Source: Catajapyx aquilonaris (lineage: Eukaryota). Taken from it: a stretch of 22,705 bases of DNA. Below the pieces are notes generated by a model, which saw nothing but the letters and a program-made list of their open reading frames with translations, was not told where the DNA came from and searched no databases. This document shows positions 20,331-22,705 of the stretch, piece after piece. The stretch spans positions 62,001 through 84,705 of the forward strand of contig KZ538309.1 in NCBI GenBank assembly GCA_000934665.2. Direction: 5' to 3'. The translations under genes and the position numbers were made by a program. Position 1 is the stretch's first letter. Each line of letters begins with the position of its first letter.

Positions 20331-20884
20331 ATAAATGTACATGCAATTATTTATTTGAGATACTACTGCTTGAAATAAAGCCATGACGTAATATATTGTG
20401 TCAATGATCATTTCCGCAGCAGAGCACAAAATTGGTAACCTAATACGTTAAACATTTTTATTATTATTTAACGGTGCAGCCTATCGTAGCATTATTTCAG
20501 TGTAATGTTCTCAACTTATATGTCTTAGCGTTTAAACAGAACCTATTACAGTAGAGATAATGTGCAGTGTAATTTGGCGTCAGAACGTAATGCATGCGCA
20601 ACTGAAAAGAAACTTTCTCCACAGAATGAGCAGTGAGTGTGGAAGTTTATATAAGTTGTTGCTATAGACTTGAAAGCGAAAGATAATGAAATGTATGGGT
20701 TGTTATTGTGGTGTAATGAAGACGTGGAAAAAATGCAAAAATATGCACAATTTCATTTATTAAAAACAGATAATAAAACGTAATTTTTACAACTCCCAGC
20801 AGAAATGTGGGGGACAATACAAGTGTGGAATAAGTTCCATTCATCTTTGGCTCTTGCACATTCCTCTTGTAGATTTTCTTCTAC

Positions 20885-21587
20885 CTAGTGGTGCCCGCCA
20901 TATGAACCGTGGTCACCCTCGAAGGAGAATCCCTTCTCTTCGTGTCCAGAATGCTCCTCGACTTCTTCGTGCTTCTCCTCTTTCTCTTCCTCCTTGACGA
21001 AGTAAGGCACCTTCTGTATGATGGTGTATGGCACCTTCTTCACCACGGGGACCTTGTGCACCACAGGCACCTTGTGATACACGGGCACCTTGTGGACCAC
21101 TGGGACGTGCTTCACATCTGGCACCTTGACCACATAGGAGATCTTGTGCACCTCCGGCACCTTCACTATCACGTACTTGATTATCTTCTTCGGCTCAGGA
21201 GCTTCCTAATATCTCATGAAATACAAAATAATATCGTAATTCAATTTAATAAGAAGTACCGGTAGTTTTGTACTTACGTGTGATTCATGCTCGACCTCTT
21301 GCCCATAGTCCTCCTTCTCCTGGTGGTGACCGTGACCTCCTCCCCCGGACACCTTGGCATACCCGAACCCATTCTCCTCCACATACCCACCTTTCTTCTC
21401 GTGACCCTTCCTCATGATGGACAGCCCATGCTCGTAACTATACTTGCTCCCAGCCTGGCTCCATCCAGCCAGACACAGAAGCAGGAAGGCACACAAAACG
21501 GTCTGCAAAAAGTATCACACTTCTAATAGAATATTCTTATGGTTATGAGCTGCTTTATAAATAACTAACCCTTACTAAATTGGCCAT
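20885..21587 (-). CDS. Family B copy 3, 185 aa; exons 21587-21576, 21502-21278, 21205-20885
   Basis: MANL exon, same intron positions as B2; minus-strand AATAAA 20756-20761. Confidence 0.9.
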
Positions 21588-21633
21588 GTTATAGTTGAAA
21601 ATAAGTGTGGTCTTTGTTGGGAGGCTGTTGTAA

Positions 21634-21671
21634 AACTGATGACTTATGCCTAGTTATTCGTGCTTTTTATA
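21634..21671 (-). promoter_or_regulatory. Core promoter of gene B3
   Basis: Minus strand TATAAAA 21671-21665, TCAGTT 21639-21634. Confidence 0.75.
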
Positions 21672-22705
21672 CCAGTAAACGCCACGCTAGACCTCTGCAC
21701 CAAAGTCATAAAGTTAAATTCCGCAGTAAAAACTATGAAAGCAGGCAAAATATAAGCAACGTTTTTTTAGAGACGGAAAAGGCTTGCAGAAAAATGTAAA
21801 GAGAGTGGACAGCTTGACACAAAATTGCAACAGTTAAAACATCACTAACTTACATTATTACTATAGAATTCAAATAGGATTAATAGAAGAAGGAATTGTA
21901 TTTTATAGCTTTGTTGCACCTCTTACAAGAGGCAAGCATCATAATAATGCCGCAATAATGCTATATTTTAATATGACGAAAGAAACTATGCGACACATTT
22001 ACACAAAATGTGTTATTTCCGTTTGCCGTATGTACAATATGAGATTGAATAGTATTGATTTTGATAATGTTGGATCTGGATATACAGAGGACGACACGTT
22101 TTTACCAGAAAGATAGACTGACAAATTATCTGCTCTTTTAGGTGTAGCAGTGGGAATATTATAAACACATGCACCAACATATAATGTCATTTTTTTAAAA
22201 TTGGTCCAGTTGCAGGCTTTCTTCTGGAAACCATGCACCTACAAATTGCTTGATTTTTATTAATAATAGTTATTCATCAATATTTTTACTGCTACAAATT
22301 GTAGGCCTGCATACTATTGTGTCCGAACTCCGAAGTATCCAGTATACTTGTGAACATATCACTACAACAGGTCAAGTTCATCTAAAGAATATCCTCGTAA
22401 AAATGCTGGAATAGTACGTTACATCAGGTAATCGCAGATGCTGAACCACCCAATACATAGCATACACACGCCGCTTGACCGCCTTACAGTCTGGAAGTCC
22501 CTGTGAGGAGCTCCGCAAAAAGCCTTGGTTAGAAGGGCCAGCTCGCGACCGGGCATTCACGCTGTAGTTACGTTTGACATCTCAGCCTCAACGATGGCGT
22601 CTGTCACTGCCGCTGAGCTGCGTTCGGCACTGGAGGCCATGCAAAAAGTCCTACGTCTGGATGTGCAAAGTGATCTGACAAGGTGTGTATCAGGGCTGGA
22701 ACAAT

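Larger units (their letters stand above)
18626..22260. repeat. Tandem segmental duplication, unit 2 (contains A6 and B3 plus an extra insert)
   Basis: Starts gttacacaagagtatcg; colinear with unit 1 except for about 18807-19665; boundaries approximate. Confidence 0.85.

Noticed and set aside
22378..22705. GC-richer window end with an open frame from ATG 22594 (MASVTAAELRSALEAMQK…) and opposing minus-strand frames
   Set aside because: May be the edge of a neighbouring gene, but strand and frame cannot be decided and no motif is recognised

Overview
Eukaryotic genomic DNA with short GT-AG introns (about 52-130 nt) and TATA plus TCA(G/C)TT initiators, most consistent with an arthropod (inference). 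The window is dominated by a cluster of two families of small, secreted, low-complexity proteins that I do not recognise as a named family. Family A has six + strand genes (101-114 aa: signal peptide, near-invariant 54-aa His/Tyr/Lys core, variable GGA/GGGF tail). Family B has three - strand genes (185-208 aa: signal peptide, Glu/His acidic block, KVPxxH hexapeptide block, Glu/His/Gly tail), each paired tail-to-tail with an A gene. All nine share near-identical TATA-to-initiator spacing and a 4-codon first coding exon. One A+B cassette is tandemly duplicated (about 15621-18600 and 18626-22260). Interleaved are an F-box/LRR gene (-) and a multi-exon latrophilin-like adhesion GPCR (+). There is also a 1-kb foldback Tc1/mariner-type non-autonomous element, a second hairpin-containing insertion and a 13-N assembly gap. 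All gene models were built by eye from splice signals and frame continuity. No database search was run.
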